Positions 1-13,014 of a stretch of DNA of 64,000 bases are shown here, one piece after another. The notes below the pieces were generated by a model. The model searched no databases. It was not told where the DNA came from and saw only the letters and a list, made by a program, of their open reading frames with translations. The stretch comes from Octopus sinensis (Eukaryota): NCBI RefSeq assembly GCF_006345805.1, contig NC_043009.1, positions 41,416,001 through 41,480,000 of the forward strand. The letters run 5' to 3'. Both the position numbers and the translations under genes were made by a program. Numbering within the stretch: the first letter of the stretch is position 1; every line of letters starts with the position of its first letter.

Positions 1-96
1 ACACACACACACTCAGACACACACACAAACATAAATATATTTACGCACTCGTAAACACACGTGCACTTACAAACACAATCATAAATAAGCATACTT

Positions 97-139
<43 letters not shown>

Positions 140-340
140 CACACCTTCTTTCATTCTCTCCCGTCCCCACATCTCTCTCTGCCTCTCTCTCTCTCTCTTG
201 CTGAAACACACACGAACTTACAAACAAGCAGAAACAATCATATTTAAACATTCACGTGCATACGCATTTAGAAACACTATTAAAAAAAAGCATATCTACA
301 CACACACCCACTCACACACACAAACACACACACACATCAA
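1..340. repeat. (CA)n/(CT)n compound microsatellite
   Basis: Directly visible dinucleotide runs. Confidence 0.9.
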
Positions 341-1027
341 AAACATTTCTGTGTAGCTTATTTATTTATTCAGGAGAACTTTTCACCTATCTTTAACGCT
401 TAATTAAATTTCCTATGTTTCAAAACTGCTTCATTATTTAATTACCAGTAAAGTACGTTGAAACAGCCGGTGGGCATGTTTCAAAACAAGTATTCAAAAA
501 CAAAACAACCGCTTATACTAACTATGGTACACAGCTGTGTATCGAGTTTTGACAAAATATTTTGCATGCCCTACCCACTAAATACTGTCTTGATTCCATC
601 ACGTCACATTATTTTTAAACTATTGCATTTTATCCAGCCGCTGTCGACCCACTGTCCATTACTGGATGAAGGCCTCAGTGTGTTATTGTTAGACTACTAT
701 ACTGTATATTGTCTCTCTTGTCCTCGCTGGGTTCATGTGCCCATGTGGTTGGTTGATTAACTCTGACCGGAGGTAGCTTGGCCGTATTTGAACCCAAAAC
801 ATAGATAACTGGACCTGATAACGCAAGGCATTGGTGCCGATTCACTGAAAATACTACTGATCCGTTATATGGAAATGGTTCCTTGAAAAGAAAAAAGGCC
901 TAGGATTTGAACATGGAGCATAGAGAGCCAGAACTAATAATACAAAGCTTTGTATTCGATGATTTGCACAGAAATAAATGTATTACTGCTGTTGTTTCTT
1001 CCTTATCGAGCCATGCCTGGCTCATAA

Positions 1028-1295
1028 AGGCCGGTTTCCCGGTTTCCTTGGCGTATAGGTTCCTCACCTGGACGGGACACCGGTCTGTCGCAGGTGAGCT
1101 GCAAGAAGCAGGAGGAAAGAGTGAGAGAAAGTTGTGGTGAAAGAGTCAGCAGAAGTTCGCCATTACTTCTGCCGGAGCTGCGTGGAACTTAGATGTTTCG
1201 CTCATAAACACACACATCGCGCTCGGTCTGAGATTCGAACCCGCGATCACTCGACCGCCAGTCCGCTACTCTAACCATTAGGCCATGTGCCTCTA
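1028..1295 (-). mobile_element. tRNA-headed SINE, family C
   Basis: Minus strand starts GAGGCACATGGCCTAATGGTTAGAG (A-box-like) then GGTTCGAATC (B-box). The body is shared with 6530-6725 and 20265-20532. Confidence 0.75.
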
Positions 1296-2049
1296 CTATT
1301 ACTGCTGTCACTCGCAAGTGTCCCATACTTTCGGTCATCGCCTTTGGAGCCTATGTTTTCGCAGCTCAGACATTGATACCCTTTTGGCCTTTCCACTCCC
1401 TGAACCAGTAGAGCATCGACATTATGATGGTTGGAGGGAGAAATACTGCACTAGTACTTGATTTGTTTGTATTCAACTTCAGTTGAGTACCTGGAGTAAC
1501 GTCCACTAGAGTGCCTCGCTCAAAGCAACCGATCCAGCACGATCAAAGCCACGATCTTATGGTCATGGGCCTAACGCTTTAACTAATAGGCCACATTACT
1601 TTAGATAAATGCATAACTTGTTAAAAATACTTCTCCACCCCAACATGCCGTAAAAAAAAGGAAGAATAAGAAAAGTGCTTTACTGTAACTCCGTGAGAAT
1701 TTTCTGCAAGACATTCTCAAAATATTGCAATATAACATTTATTTACTCTATGAACATTAACAAAAAGAAAAAAAAAACAAATGATGTCTACGACTGTTCG
1801 AGACTACATAGCCATCTAAATCAATTAGTGAAAACATGGTACATGTTACCAAAATCTTCGATTCCAAGGGACGACTGCAGTTTTATTTTATTTTTCATAA
1901 TTTTTCTTATAGAAAACACTAACAACCAATTTTCTTCTTTCACAAAGCTACACACAAATATATTTACAAGAAAGCAAAAAAAGAAATAAAAAAAATATGA
2001 AAGACAAAAAAAGAAACGAACGGCCACAGGGCTTGTGATAAATATTCAA

Positions 2050-2330
2050 ATCTGCTAAATATAATTGACAGTTAAGTTCTTGCAGTCAGTTAGTCAAATA
2101 ATGCAGGGGTAATCTGATAATGGTTAATTGTTTGGCACCAACTTCACCAATTCCCCGCTAGATGAAAAACAAAGTAAACTCCAAATATATAGAGTAGGTG
2201 TAGTCAGTTATATCGAACCTGACCCCCGCGACAGTATTTTAACAGGTACGGTTTTAAGCAACCCAGAATAGATGAACGGCAAAGTCAAATGGGTTGAGAT
2301 TTGAACTCTAACGTAAATCGGTGATGTAGA
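2050..2330 (-). mobile_element. Degenerate SINE family A copy
   Basis: Diverged match to the family A consensus (GATGAACGGCAAAGTCAA...GAGATTTGAACTC). Confidence 0.5.
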
Positions 2331-3252
2331 CATTTAGTTTGCCCGTTCTCGAAATAATTTTAAAACTTTGAAAATAACCATGTATATAGTATACTTTATA
2401 TATACGCACTGTCAAAAGGGTAGTTACTGAAGTAAATAGCCTATCGACAGTATGCATACATGATAAGGATGTTATAAATATGCCAAATTTAATTAAATAC
2501 TGCTTCTATTGAGTAAACCGGACTTTTAATTCAGCCGGGCGGCTATTTGCAACCTCAGTGAATACTTTATTCATTTTTTCCTATATCAGAGGCGACGAAC
2601 AAGGGACTGGTTGAGCGTACGCGTCATTGAAAAGGATCAAAAAGGCCGAAATACACTTAGCACTCTCACTGGCGGCAGTTTGAATAGATTTTCGTTTTTC
2701 TCTGATATTCATTGTGTTAAAAACAACAAATCCATGAGAAATGTTACCTCAGGACAAATACTGCAGTAGCTGGGCTATCGACAATATGTATATATTAAGT
2801 ATGATATATAGGTGGCTATTTTAATCAAATACGACCTCAATTGCATATAGTGGCATTAAAAATTTGATTTGGTTTACAATACAAAATGTGTATTAACGCT
2901 TGCAGCAGTCACATAGCAATGGAAGGTGATAGGGGCGGTCCGCCTCGGACGAAACTTTTACGAAAGTAATACATTTAGGTGTGCTGTATAAGTTTGTAGA
3001 GCGGAGGTAAAAGGTCGGCAAACTCAGTTGGTGTTCCGAGGCTTCACACACTCTAGTTACGTCAATGATCTGCGGCTGTATAAGGATATCTCTTTATAGA
3101 CAGATGAATAAGGCTGGAGGAGATTTAACTCCTTTGTTAAACAGATACAGCATAGCAGATCGTGAACTCTTTGACTATCAACCCATTGACTAGATCCAAG
3201 TATGATTCTAAATATTCATTGTTCATCAAATATTATATTCTTTCCCTCTATA

Positions 3253-3297
<45 letters not shown>

Positions 3298-3445
3298 GAG
3301 ACACACACACAGACACACACACACATACATACACACACCTGTAAATATATATATATAAAATACAAAATGGGACAAGAACGCAAAACATCCGACAACTAGG
3401 TGATACAAAAAGGGAGAACAAAACATCCAGATAGACATATTTAAA

Positions 3446-3483
<38 letters not shown>

Positions 3484-3487
3484 GGTG

Positions 3488-3531
<44 letters not shown>

Positions 3532-3554
3532 CATATATACACACATGTATATAC

Positions 3555-3611
<57 letters not shown>

Positions 3612-3740
3612 TATACACATGTATATACATTTATTATATATATATACATAAGCCTTCAAATTTACCTACCTACCTCACTACTTATCGACCTATGTATGTA
3701 TGTATGTAGTATGTATGTATGTATCTACCTATCTATCTAA
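3253..3740. repeat. (CA)n/(TA)n/(TATG)n compound microsatellite
   Basis: Directly visible; it explains the HT/YI ORFs in the track. Confidence 0.9.
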
Positions 3741-4269
3741 TACTCAGTTTTCGAACTTATAGATTACATGATATAAAACCTGCACGTTTCTCATACATCT
3801 TTGAAGGTAAATTTTGAAGCTGACGGGAGTGTTTTAAATATTTGGTGGGATAAGATTGTTGTTTCTATGACAAGCATCATACTACTCGTTTATTTAAGCC
3901 AGTCTTACAGTCTTGCGGTCGTTTACTTAGCTCAGGTTTACAGTCTTATCACAAGTTTTCCGTATTGTTTCTCGGATTGGCTTCTAAAGCACACGTATAC
4001 AAACACACACACACAGACACACACAACACACACACACACACACACACAACACACACAACACACACATACACACATGCACACGCGTAGGTACGCACTCACA
4101 TTCACACACACATATCAATTTACCGATTTTCGTGGAACACTCTTCAATCACAGTGGCTGCTTCAAAGAATTACTTTATTGTATAAGCAACTAGTTTTACA
4201 CCAGAAAACGAAATTTTTTATCAATAATAGAATTAACAGAGAAACTAGAAACAACACAAACAAAACAAC

Positions 4270-4348
4270 GAACGACAACAACAACGATAATAATAATAAT
4301 AATGATAATAATAATGATAATAATAATAATAATGATAATGATAATAAA

Positions 4349-4385
<37 letters not shown>

Positions 4386-4430
4386 GTAAAAAAAATAATA
4401 ATAGTAATAATAAAAAAAATAATAATGATG

Positions 4431-4461
<31 letters not shown>

Positions 4462-4517
4462 TGATAATAATAATAGTAATAATAATAATTATAATAATAA
4501 TAATAATAATGATGATG

Positions 4518-4559
<42 letters not shown>

Positions 4560-4694
4560 TAATAATAATAGTAATAATAAAAAAATAATAATAATGATAA
4601 TAATAATAATAATAATGATGATGATAATAATAATAGTAATAATAAAAATAATAATATAATAATAATAATAATAATGATGATAATAATGATAATA

Positions 4695-4725
<31 letters not shown>

Positions 4726-4738
4726 TATTAATAATAAT

Positions 4739-4777
<39 letters not shown>

Positions 4778-4960
4778 TATATTAATAATAATAATAATAG
4801 TATTAATAATAATAATATTAATAATAATTTAAATAATATAATAATAATAATAATTAATAATAATAATATTAATAATAATAATAAAGTATTAATAATAATA
4901 TTAATAATAATAATAATAATAAAATATGATAATAATAATAATAATAATAATGATGATAAT
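4270..4960. repeat. Long imperfect (TAA)n/(GAT) trinucleotide array, ~690 bp
   Basis: Directly visible; source of the poly-N/I/L ORFs. Confidence 0.95.
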
Positions 4961-5454
4961 GGCAACAAAGTCAAATAAATAGTTCTCTCTAATAACGTGT
5001 GTAACCTAAACACTGCCACATCTTTTCGGGAAAGGAAACATTCTAAGCGCTCGGTGACAGTGTTAAGTACCGTTTTTACTTGGAAGCAGAGGTCATGTAT
5101 GTACATCAGATTTCCATTCTTCAAATATCAGCTTAACTGATTCTTATTTTACCGAAAAGAAAGAATCGAAAGCACTATCAACAACAACAAAAATGAAAAA
5201 ATAAAGATATAAAAGTTTCTGTAATAAAGAGGTAAAGAGGTTGCATTTTGCTTCGAAAGTAAACATTTATCTTCGTATGAATATTGTCGGGAGTAGATTT
5301 TGATCAACTTTATTCCATTCTGGTTTTCTTTGAGAAGTGAAAGGAAATAAATCTGAAACTGGAGACATGTAACTATGTTATACAAGACGATATTATAATC
5401 TCCGTCGATAAGAAGGACATAACATTCGGGAGACAAATAAAAATAGAACTAGGT

Positions 5455-5950
5455 GAAGGCGGCGGATGAAATGCTTAGCGGTATTTCGCCCGACGCTACG
5501 TTCTGAGTTCAAATTCCGTCGAGGTCGACTTTGCCTTTCGTACTTTCGGTGTCGATAAATTAAGTACCACTTACGCACTGGGGTCGATGTAATCGACTTA
5601 ATCCGTTTGTCTGTCCTTGTTTGTCCCCTGTGTGTTTAGCCCCTTGTGGATAGTAAAGAAATAGGTATTTCGTCTGCCGCTACGTTCTGAGTTCAAATTC
5701 TGCTGAGGTCGACTTTGCTTTCATCCTTTCGGGGTCGATAAATTAAATACCAGTTACGTACTGGGGTCGATCTAATCGATTGGCCTCCTCCCCCCACCAA
5801 AAAAAATTTACGTTCTGAGTTCAAATTCCGCTTCGATCGACTTTACCTTTCACCCTTTCGGGGCCGATAAATTAAGCACCATTTGAGTACTGGGGTCGAT
5901 GTAATCGACTATACCTCTCCCCCAAAATTTCAAGCCGTGTGCCTATAGTA
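5455..5950 (+). mobile_element. SINE family A tandem multimer (3 units) followed by an (ATT)n tail
   Basis: Repeated B-box GAGTTCAAATTC followed by the core GAGGTCGACTTTGCCTTTCATCCTTTCGGGGTCGATAAATTAAGTACCAG. Confidence 0.85.
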
Positions 5951-6011
5951 GATTATTATTATTATTATTATTATTATTATCCTATATTGTTATTATTATT
6001 ATCATTATTAC

Positions 6012-6082
<71 letters not shown>

Positions 6083-6086
<4 letters not shown>

Positions 6087-6300
6087 GGCGGAGAGCTGGC
6101 AGAATCGTTAGGTCACCGAGAAAAATGCTTAGCAGCATGTCGTCTGTCTTTACGTTCTGAGTTCAAATTCCGCCGAGGTCGACTTTGCTTTTCATCGTTT
6201 CGGAATCGACAAATTAAGTACTCGTTACGTACTGGGGTCGATTTAATCGACTGGCCCTCTCCCACCGAAATTTCAAGTCTTGTGCCTAGAGTAGAAAAGA
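6083..6300 (+). mobile_element. SINE family A monomer
   Basis: Head AAGGCGGAGAGCTGGCAGAATCGTTAG, B-box, core, and tail GTCTTGTGCCTAGAGTAGAAAAG. Confidence 0.85.
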
Positions 6301-6529
6301 AATAGAGCTAGGTGAGAGTTAACGTAAATTGCTTCTTGACAATCTCACTTTCCGATAGGCTCAACAGCACATTATTTTCTTTCTTCCTTATTTTCTTAGA
6401 ATCTTTCTTTCTGTGATATTCATAAGTTCCACGCGAAACAGTTAGAATCCATACACTAGCATATCTATTCATTCTCCATTCGTTCTGTCGGATTCGAATG
6501 TGAATATGCTGTTTGCTGCAGCATTACTC

Positions 6530-6725
6530 AAGAAACAGGGAGAAAGAGTGAGAGAAAGTTGGGGCGAAAGAGTACAACAGGGGTCATCGCCACCCTTTGC
6601 CGGAGCCTCGTGGGGCTTTAGGCGTTTTCGCTCAATAAACACTCACAACGCCCGGTCTGGGAACCGAAACCGCGATTCTCCGTCCGTGAGTCCGCTGCCC
6701 TAACCACTGGGCCATTGCGCCTCCA
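6530..6725 (-). mobile_element. SINE family C
   Basis: Minus strand GGAGGCGCAATGGCCCAGTGGTTAGGGCAGCGGACTC; homologous to 1028-1295. Confidence 0.75.
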
Positions 6726-7113
6726 TAAAGTGATGGGAGACACTAAATAATTAAAGTGCGCTTTTCTTGGACATCCATGTTGAATTCAAGTTCTTTTCTT
6801 TTCTTTTCTTTTCTGCATGGAAATGTCAGGAAAAATCTAGGAAAATCTATTTCCAGTACCAAGTCGGACACCAAATGTCTTGGTTGACCTTAACCATCAG
6901 ATCTAGCATTATATTTTATTACTCGGATGATTCACAACCGTCCGTCTCAGGTTAAAATTACCGCTCACAGACATACCCTCACCAGATGGATGGTTTTACA
7001 TGATTCCAAGGGATTCTACAACGATGATAAATGTTGCATCACGTCTATACTATTAGAAAATTTAAAACAGATGTTAGGTTAAAGACTTTTGTTTTTAATC
7101 GACTGTTTGTATC

Positions 7114-7158
<45 letters not shown>

Positions 7159-7336
7159 CATATTGAATGTTACATTGGCGAATGCACTTGTCTGTATTTT
7201 AGGAATTTATGTAAATTCCATGAAACAACTTCGATTCCATTTGATCATTTTAATGGACATGTCATTGCTTATAATTTATACTTCAAACTTATACTTTCAA
7301 GTAATTTAATGGCTGATTTCACAATATGGCTTTACA

Positions 7337-7374
<38 letters not shown>

Positions 7375-7375
7375 C

Positions 7376-7431
<56 letters not shown>

Positions 7432-7654
7432 CATACATATATATGTATGCATATATATATATATATATATACATACATATATATGTATGCATATATATAT
7501 ATATATATAGATATATTATATATGTATCCATATATATGTTATATACACACACACATATACCATACATATATAATACATATCTGTATGCACATACATACAA
7601 AGACAGGCGGGGTGCATGTGTATATGTGAGTGTGTGGCGGGTGAAATTTTGTAA

Positions 7655-7834
7655 ATAGAATTATATACCTTCACTGTATATCGGCTACAGAAAGTACCTA
7701 ATATTAGGGCATATAAAACCCTGTGACAAGAAAAATGGCTATTAATACGCATGGGAATCGAACCCATGGATGTTTATATGTCTTAATATTAGAATTTTCT
7801 ATAGTCGATATACAGTGAAGGCTTATAATTCTAT
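7655..7834. mobile_element. MITE-like element with ~31 bp terminal inverted repeats
   Basis: AGAATTATATACCTTCACTGTATATCGGCTA at 7657 pairs with TAGTCGATATACAGTGAAGGCTTATAATTCT at 7802, with 3 mismatches. Confidence 0.6.
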
Positions 7835-7920
7835 AATTCTTACAATATGTATATATATATATACGGGTTGATTGAAAAGTGACTCCCTATTTTAAAATAC
7901 TTTAAATCTATTTATTAATT

Positions 7921-8559
7921 ACTAGCAGTATCGCCCGGCGTTGCTCGGGTTTGTAAGGGAAATAACTATATAAGCATTTTTAGAGAGTTATAGCCAAAAA
8001 ATAGCAAAAAATGCATTAAAAATGGAAAAAATATGATGGTAAATTATTTTTAAAATCGTTGACTCATCGTATACATTTTTAGAGAGTTACTTCCCTTATA
8101 TAATAGCGAAAAAATGCATTAAAATGGAAAAAAAAACGATGGTAAATTTTTTTTTAAATCGTAGACTCATGTAGACGCTTTCTTAGCCATTTCTGTTTTG
8201 GTGTCTTCAAGCCATGAAGTCGTTGTTCTAAAAGAACACTGGTCTCCTTGACAACGCATTACGACGTTGATTTCCTTACACTCCCTTCCCCACAGGTGCA
8301 GGTGTGAGCGTGGACGCCAACTCCGCCGCCATCGACACACGAAAAATTATGCATTAAAATGGAATAAAAAATGATGTTAAATTATTTTTAAATCGTAGAC
8401 TCATCGTAGACGCGCGCTAATATTCAGACGGGCTCGATATGAATCACGACTATAAGCTACCCGAATTTGGTTAAACTGTACCGCAAAATGTGGGAGTAGT
8501 TAGGAATCTAAATCGAAGGGGACAGACACTCACACAACTACAGTTTTATATATATAGAT
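7921..8559 (-). mobile_element. Non-autonomous Helitron
   Basis: Minus strand begins TCTATATATATAAAA. It ends with the GC hairpin CCCGAGCAACGCCGGG, then CGATACTG, CTAG and T. These are the canonical Helitron TC...CTAG termini; homologs lie at 18672, 38679 and 59164. Confidence 0.8.
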
Positions 8560-8599
8560 ATACATAGCGCAGTAATGGTGAGATATGACAGCAAAGAAA

Positions 8600-8995
8600 A
8601 GCATACATTCACTCTCTGCATGCAATTAGACTCGGAAAGTTCGTGAGGAACCCATTGACCCAATTTGCTGACTTTTCCGATAGCACACAGGTGTCAATGA
8701 ATGGTTGAATGACCAAATCCAAGCTTCTCTGCTAGTTCCTCAACAGTTACGATGATATTTTGTTCCACCAGGGTTTTCAGGATGTCCTTGTCGAGTTCTA
8801 CAGATCTTTCAGGATGAGGCTCGTCTTCTAGGCTGTAGTTTAGGGCTCGGGATTTCTGGAACCACCATTGACACTGCCTTACGCTTATTGTCCAATCCCC
8901 ATATACTGCATTAATATTTCTTGTACTTTGCACACATTTATATTCTGTTATTCTTTTATATGTTTCAGCCTTGAGGTTGTGGCCATGCTGGATCA
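8600..8995 (-). pseudogene. Mariner transposase N-terminal (HTH) remnant
   Basis: STRNINAVYGDWTISVRQCQWWFQK...LEDEPHPERSVELDKDILKTLVEQN..VTVEELAEKLG..HSTIH resembles the Mos1/SETMAR-type HTH region. Confidence 0.8.
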
Positions 8996-9147
8996 TGTGT
9001 GTGTGTGTGTGTGTGTGTGTTGTGTCTATCTGTCTGTCTGTCTGTATGTATATATGTATATGTATGTGTGTGAACAATAATATTTTCAACAGATGTGTTG
9101 CAAATGTATCTGATTGTTCTCAAGCTTCAATACTGTGTGTGTGTGTA

Positions 9148-9180
<33 letters not shown>

Positions 9181-10092
9181 ATATGTATGTATGTATGTAT
9201 ATGTATGTATATGTATGTGTGTATGTATGTATGTGTGTGTGTATGTATGTGTGTGTATGTGTGTGTGTGTATGTATGTATGTATGTATGTATGTATGTAT
9301 GTATGTATGTATGTATGTATGAGTGTATGTTTACTTTATTACTAATTACTCTCTTCCAAGAACATTTTCACTCAGTCTTAGCTCTTAGCTTCCCATACAT
9401 TTTACTCATGTATCTATCAGCGTCATAGACAGAATACTTTCACTTTAGTCTTCCTCAAATCACTCTGTCGCTATTTACTTTCATTTTATTCGTTGCCCAC
9501 TGTGTGTGTGCGTTTGCGTGTGGTGTAAACCAGACTAAGAAAAGCATTTGACACACACACCAGAATGTGAGTTTTCTGTAAATTTTGCTTAATTGGAGTT
9601 TAAATTTTAAAAACTGGACCTGGCATGACGCGATGCATTGTACTCTCAAAAATGCTAGGTAAATTGTAATTGAAGAAATCCTATATTGTAGATTTGTATA
9701 ACTCCCAAAGGGAGGCAGATAAAATCTGCCTTTTATAAGAAGAGATAATTTTCAGAAAATATGAATATGAAAAGAAAGAATATAGCAAGGAGTTTTATTT
9801 AAAATTCGATATAGGCACCAGCATTCGCCACCAGCTTCAGAAGCCATCCGGGAACTGCATCAATTGATTTTATCATGAACTCAAAGGCTTTTAAACTTGT
9901 CTATGATGAATCTGCAATAAGATTGAAACTTAATAGACCAATCCCGTTTCTTTCTCCTGGACACAGAAAGAACAATTTACTTTTAGCCATTACAGTTAAG
10001 TCCACACTGGAGCAGTGACTTTTAAAACACACCGCGTGTGCATGCACATGCATATGTACCTACACGAACACACACACACACGTACACACACA

Positions 10093-10600
10093 TACAGGGC
10101 GAATGAAAAGTAACTCCCTATTTAAAATATTTATAATTTATTCATTAACTATAATTTTATTTTCTCAAATTTGTTGTGTATGTTCTTTAATGTATGATTC
10201 TTTGTTGTTGGTATTTTTTTTCAAATCGATTGTTTTGTTCGAAATTTAGAAGCCCTATAAACATGGCTGGATGTCTTACTGTGTAGGAGCGCACCCAGAT
10301 AGTGACACGTTACGAAGTTTTGGAGATCAGTTGTTCAAGTGCAAAGATGGTGGAGGATCATTAGAAGAAGACATGCAAAGACGATCAAGAATTGTCATGC
10401 AAAACTCATGACTACAGGATCTGGGAGACGGACGGGTCGTCGAGGTGGATTAATGGAGCAAGTCTACTCTACCAAACCAACGACTTTGGAAGAACTTGAA
10501 GGGCGAATACGAGAAGTTATGTCTTCCATCCCAAGAGTTCATGAAAAAATCACAAAAACTGAGACCGGTACTAAAATGTTCTTCATGATAAAATTATTTT
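10093..10600 (+). mobile_element. Internally deleted Tc1/mariner element
   Basis: TIR-like TACAGGGCGAATGAAAAGTAACTCCC (partial copy at 7862). Peptide EQVYSTKPTTLEELEGRIREVMSSIP resembles a transposase C-terminus. Confidence 0.6.
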
Positions 10601-10627
10601 AGCGTTTTCTACCTTGTTCTATTTTCC

Positions 10628-10719
<92 letters not shown>

Positions 10720-10734
10720 ATACATACACATATA

Positions 10735-11165
10735 TGCTGGCAGAAATGTTAGAGCGCCGGGCGAAATGCTTAGCGGTATTTCGTCTGCCGCTACGTTGTG
10801 AGTTCAAATTCCGCCGAGGTCGACTTTGCTTTTCATCCTTTCAGGGTCGATTAAATAATTACCAGTTATGCACTGGGGTCGATATAATCGACTTAATCCG
10901 TTTGTCCTTGTTTGTCCTCTCTGTGTTTAGCCCCTTGTGGGTAGTAAAGAAATAGGTATTTCCTCTGCCGCTACGTTCTGAGTTCAAATTCTGCCGAGAT
11001 CGACATTGCTTTTCATCCTTTCGGGGTCGATTAAATAAGTACCAGTTACGCATTGGGGTCGATATAATCGACTTAATCCGTTTGTCTGTCCTTGTTTGTC
11101 CTCTCTGTGTTTAGCCCCTTGTGGGTAGTAAAGAAATAGGTATTTTGTCCGTTCTTACGTTCTGA
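10735..11165 (+). mobile_element. SINE family A tandem multimer (3 units)
   Basis: Head followed by repeated ~147 bp units joined at AAAGAAATA|GGTATTT. Confidence 0.85.
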
Positions 11166-11409
11166 GTATGAGTAAAAAACACTGTACCCTTCTGCCAAGC
11201 CATGTGGAACCAGTGTATCAGAGTAAGCTCATCAAACCAGTATGATCTGAAGTTCAAATTCGAGGCTTCCACATCAGACAGTGCTTGGTGTAGAGAACGT
11301 GCTGAGGCCGTTGTCCTGCAGTGGAGTAAACATGGGCAATCGAATCTAATCCAATGTATACTCACACACATACGCTGTTATTTCTGGTTTTGATATTTTT
11401 GCTATGAAT

Positions 11410-11534
11410 AGTAGTAGTAATAGTAGTAGTAGTAGTAGCAGCAGCGGCAGCAGCAGCAAAAGTAGTAGTAGTAGTAGTAGCAGCGGCAGCAGCAGCAAAA
11501 GTAGTAGTAGTAGTAGCAGCGGCAGCAGCAGCAA

Positions 11535-11568
<34 letters not shown>

Positions 11569-11570
11569 TA
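11410..11570. repeat. (AGT)n/(AGC)n array with a thrice-repeated higher-order unit
   Basis: (AGT)n-AGCAGCGGCAGCAGCAGCAAA is repeated 3 times. Confidence 0.85.
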
Positions 11571-12029
11571 TTAATGTCGTTGTTATTGTTGCTATTGCTG
11601 TTTAGTGTCGCTATTTCACTGTCTTAATTTTTCGTTCAGTTGCTATGGTTGTTACTGTTGTTGTTGTCATTGTAATTATTGTCTCCTGCTTCAGGTAGAC
11701 AACAGGTGTGAATGTAATGACGATGATTTATTTTCTCACGTGAAAACAAGCTGCCCGCTCCAGCTTCATCATATTATGCAAAAAATTTCAATAAATGAAA
11801 AACTAAAATCTAAAATAAAAAAATTCAATAAATAAACTGACCTCAATTGTTATCAACCACTTCCATTCTATTTTCACCTCTTCCCACCACCATGTCTACC
11901 ACCTCTACTTCTTCAAATTCTGCTCCACACTCTCCCTTTTACTTTCTCTCTCATTCTTTCTCCCCCCCTCCCCCCTCCCTTAATATATTATTTTATAACA
12001 TTTTCAAAATTTAAAAGAATCTTCAGACA

Positions 12030-13010
12030 GAATCTAATTTTTAATGAACACTTGTTTCCAAACTGATGACCGTTCTTTTCCAGGAACTGGTAACGCGTGG
12101 CAACGGGATCAAAAACACTCAGTTCGATATTTTCGTTCAATGGCTGCCTTCAGTTCACCGATTCTTGCCGGTTTTGTACTGCAAATTTTATGTTTCATGT
12201 AGCCCCACAAAAATGCTCTGTGGTTTGAAAACCGGTGAAGGCAAAGGGTTTTATACTGAACCTCTTCGTCCAGTTCACTTGTGTAGCAAAATTTCATTTA
12301 GGTAGGTTCCATATCTTCAAATTCCTCTTGAATACATGGCCTGACAAATTGTTGCAACAAGTTCAAGTAAATAAGAGTAGTCACAGTACCGCTATAAAGA
12401 AATAGTTCAGTTAATTCTTTTGATAATAAGCTACTCAATATTGTAACTTCAGGCAAATTAACAAGGTATTGCCCGTGATATGCAGTTTCTTAGGTTCCCA
12501 GTGGGTGCAACTGTGGGGGTTAATTGAACTATTTAATTCAAATGTAAGTTCATCACTCAAAACAATCTTTGTTGGAAAGTCTGCATTTTCTACAGCTCTT
12601 GTCATGTACTCCTCGCAGAAGTCCACTCTGGATGACATTTGTTAGGAGCATAGACTATTCTTGGAATATAAGCTTCAAATCGCGATGGATGCTTGATTTT
12701 GAAATTCTTATCTCACGACCCACTTGCCTCACAGATTTCCTTGAACCCTTGCAATGCGCTTTTAGTACCCTTTCTGGCTTCGTAGGGCTCGTCGATGTCT
12801 GCGATCTTCAGGAACGTTTCTTGTTGACATTTTAAATAATTCTATCCGCTTCAAGTTCGTCTCCAATCCGAGAGATGGTAAGTCGCAAAGGTGGATATGC
12901 TTGAAACTACCGCCTAAACTGTTTTTGTAGTTCGTCTGCGTTTTCAGACTTACAAAAGGGTTCTAATATAAATTTCCTTTGTTCGAAGCTAAGTCTGACT
13001 CCCTTCATAA
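12030..13010 (-). pseudogene. Decayed near-full-length Tc1/mariner transposase
   Basis: Minus-strand fragments MKGVRLSFEQRKFILE..., RKSVRQVGREIRISKSSIHR, RVDFCE..FPTKIVLSDE..F.LN..IN.H.C.HW and FLWGYMKHKICSTKPARIGELKAAI, with stops and frameshifts. Confidence 0.8.
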
Positions 13011-13014
13011 TTTC

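Noticed and set aside
1240-1295. tRNA genes at SINE heads (also 6660-6725 and 61143-61210)
   Set aside because: They continue into SINE bodies and lack a complete cloverleaf or terminator.
4178-5124. Long poly-N/I/L ORFs
   Set aside because: Translations of the (TAA)n array; no domain content.
12063-12112. CTGATGA-CCGTT...AACGG stem
   Set aside because: Followed by GATC rather than GAAA, and it lies within the mariner 3' end.
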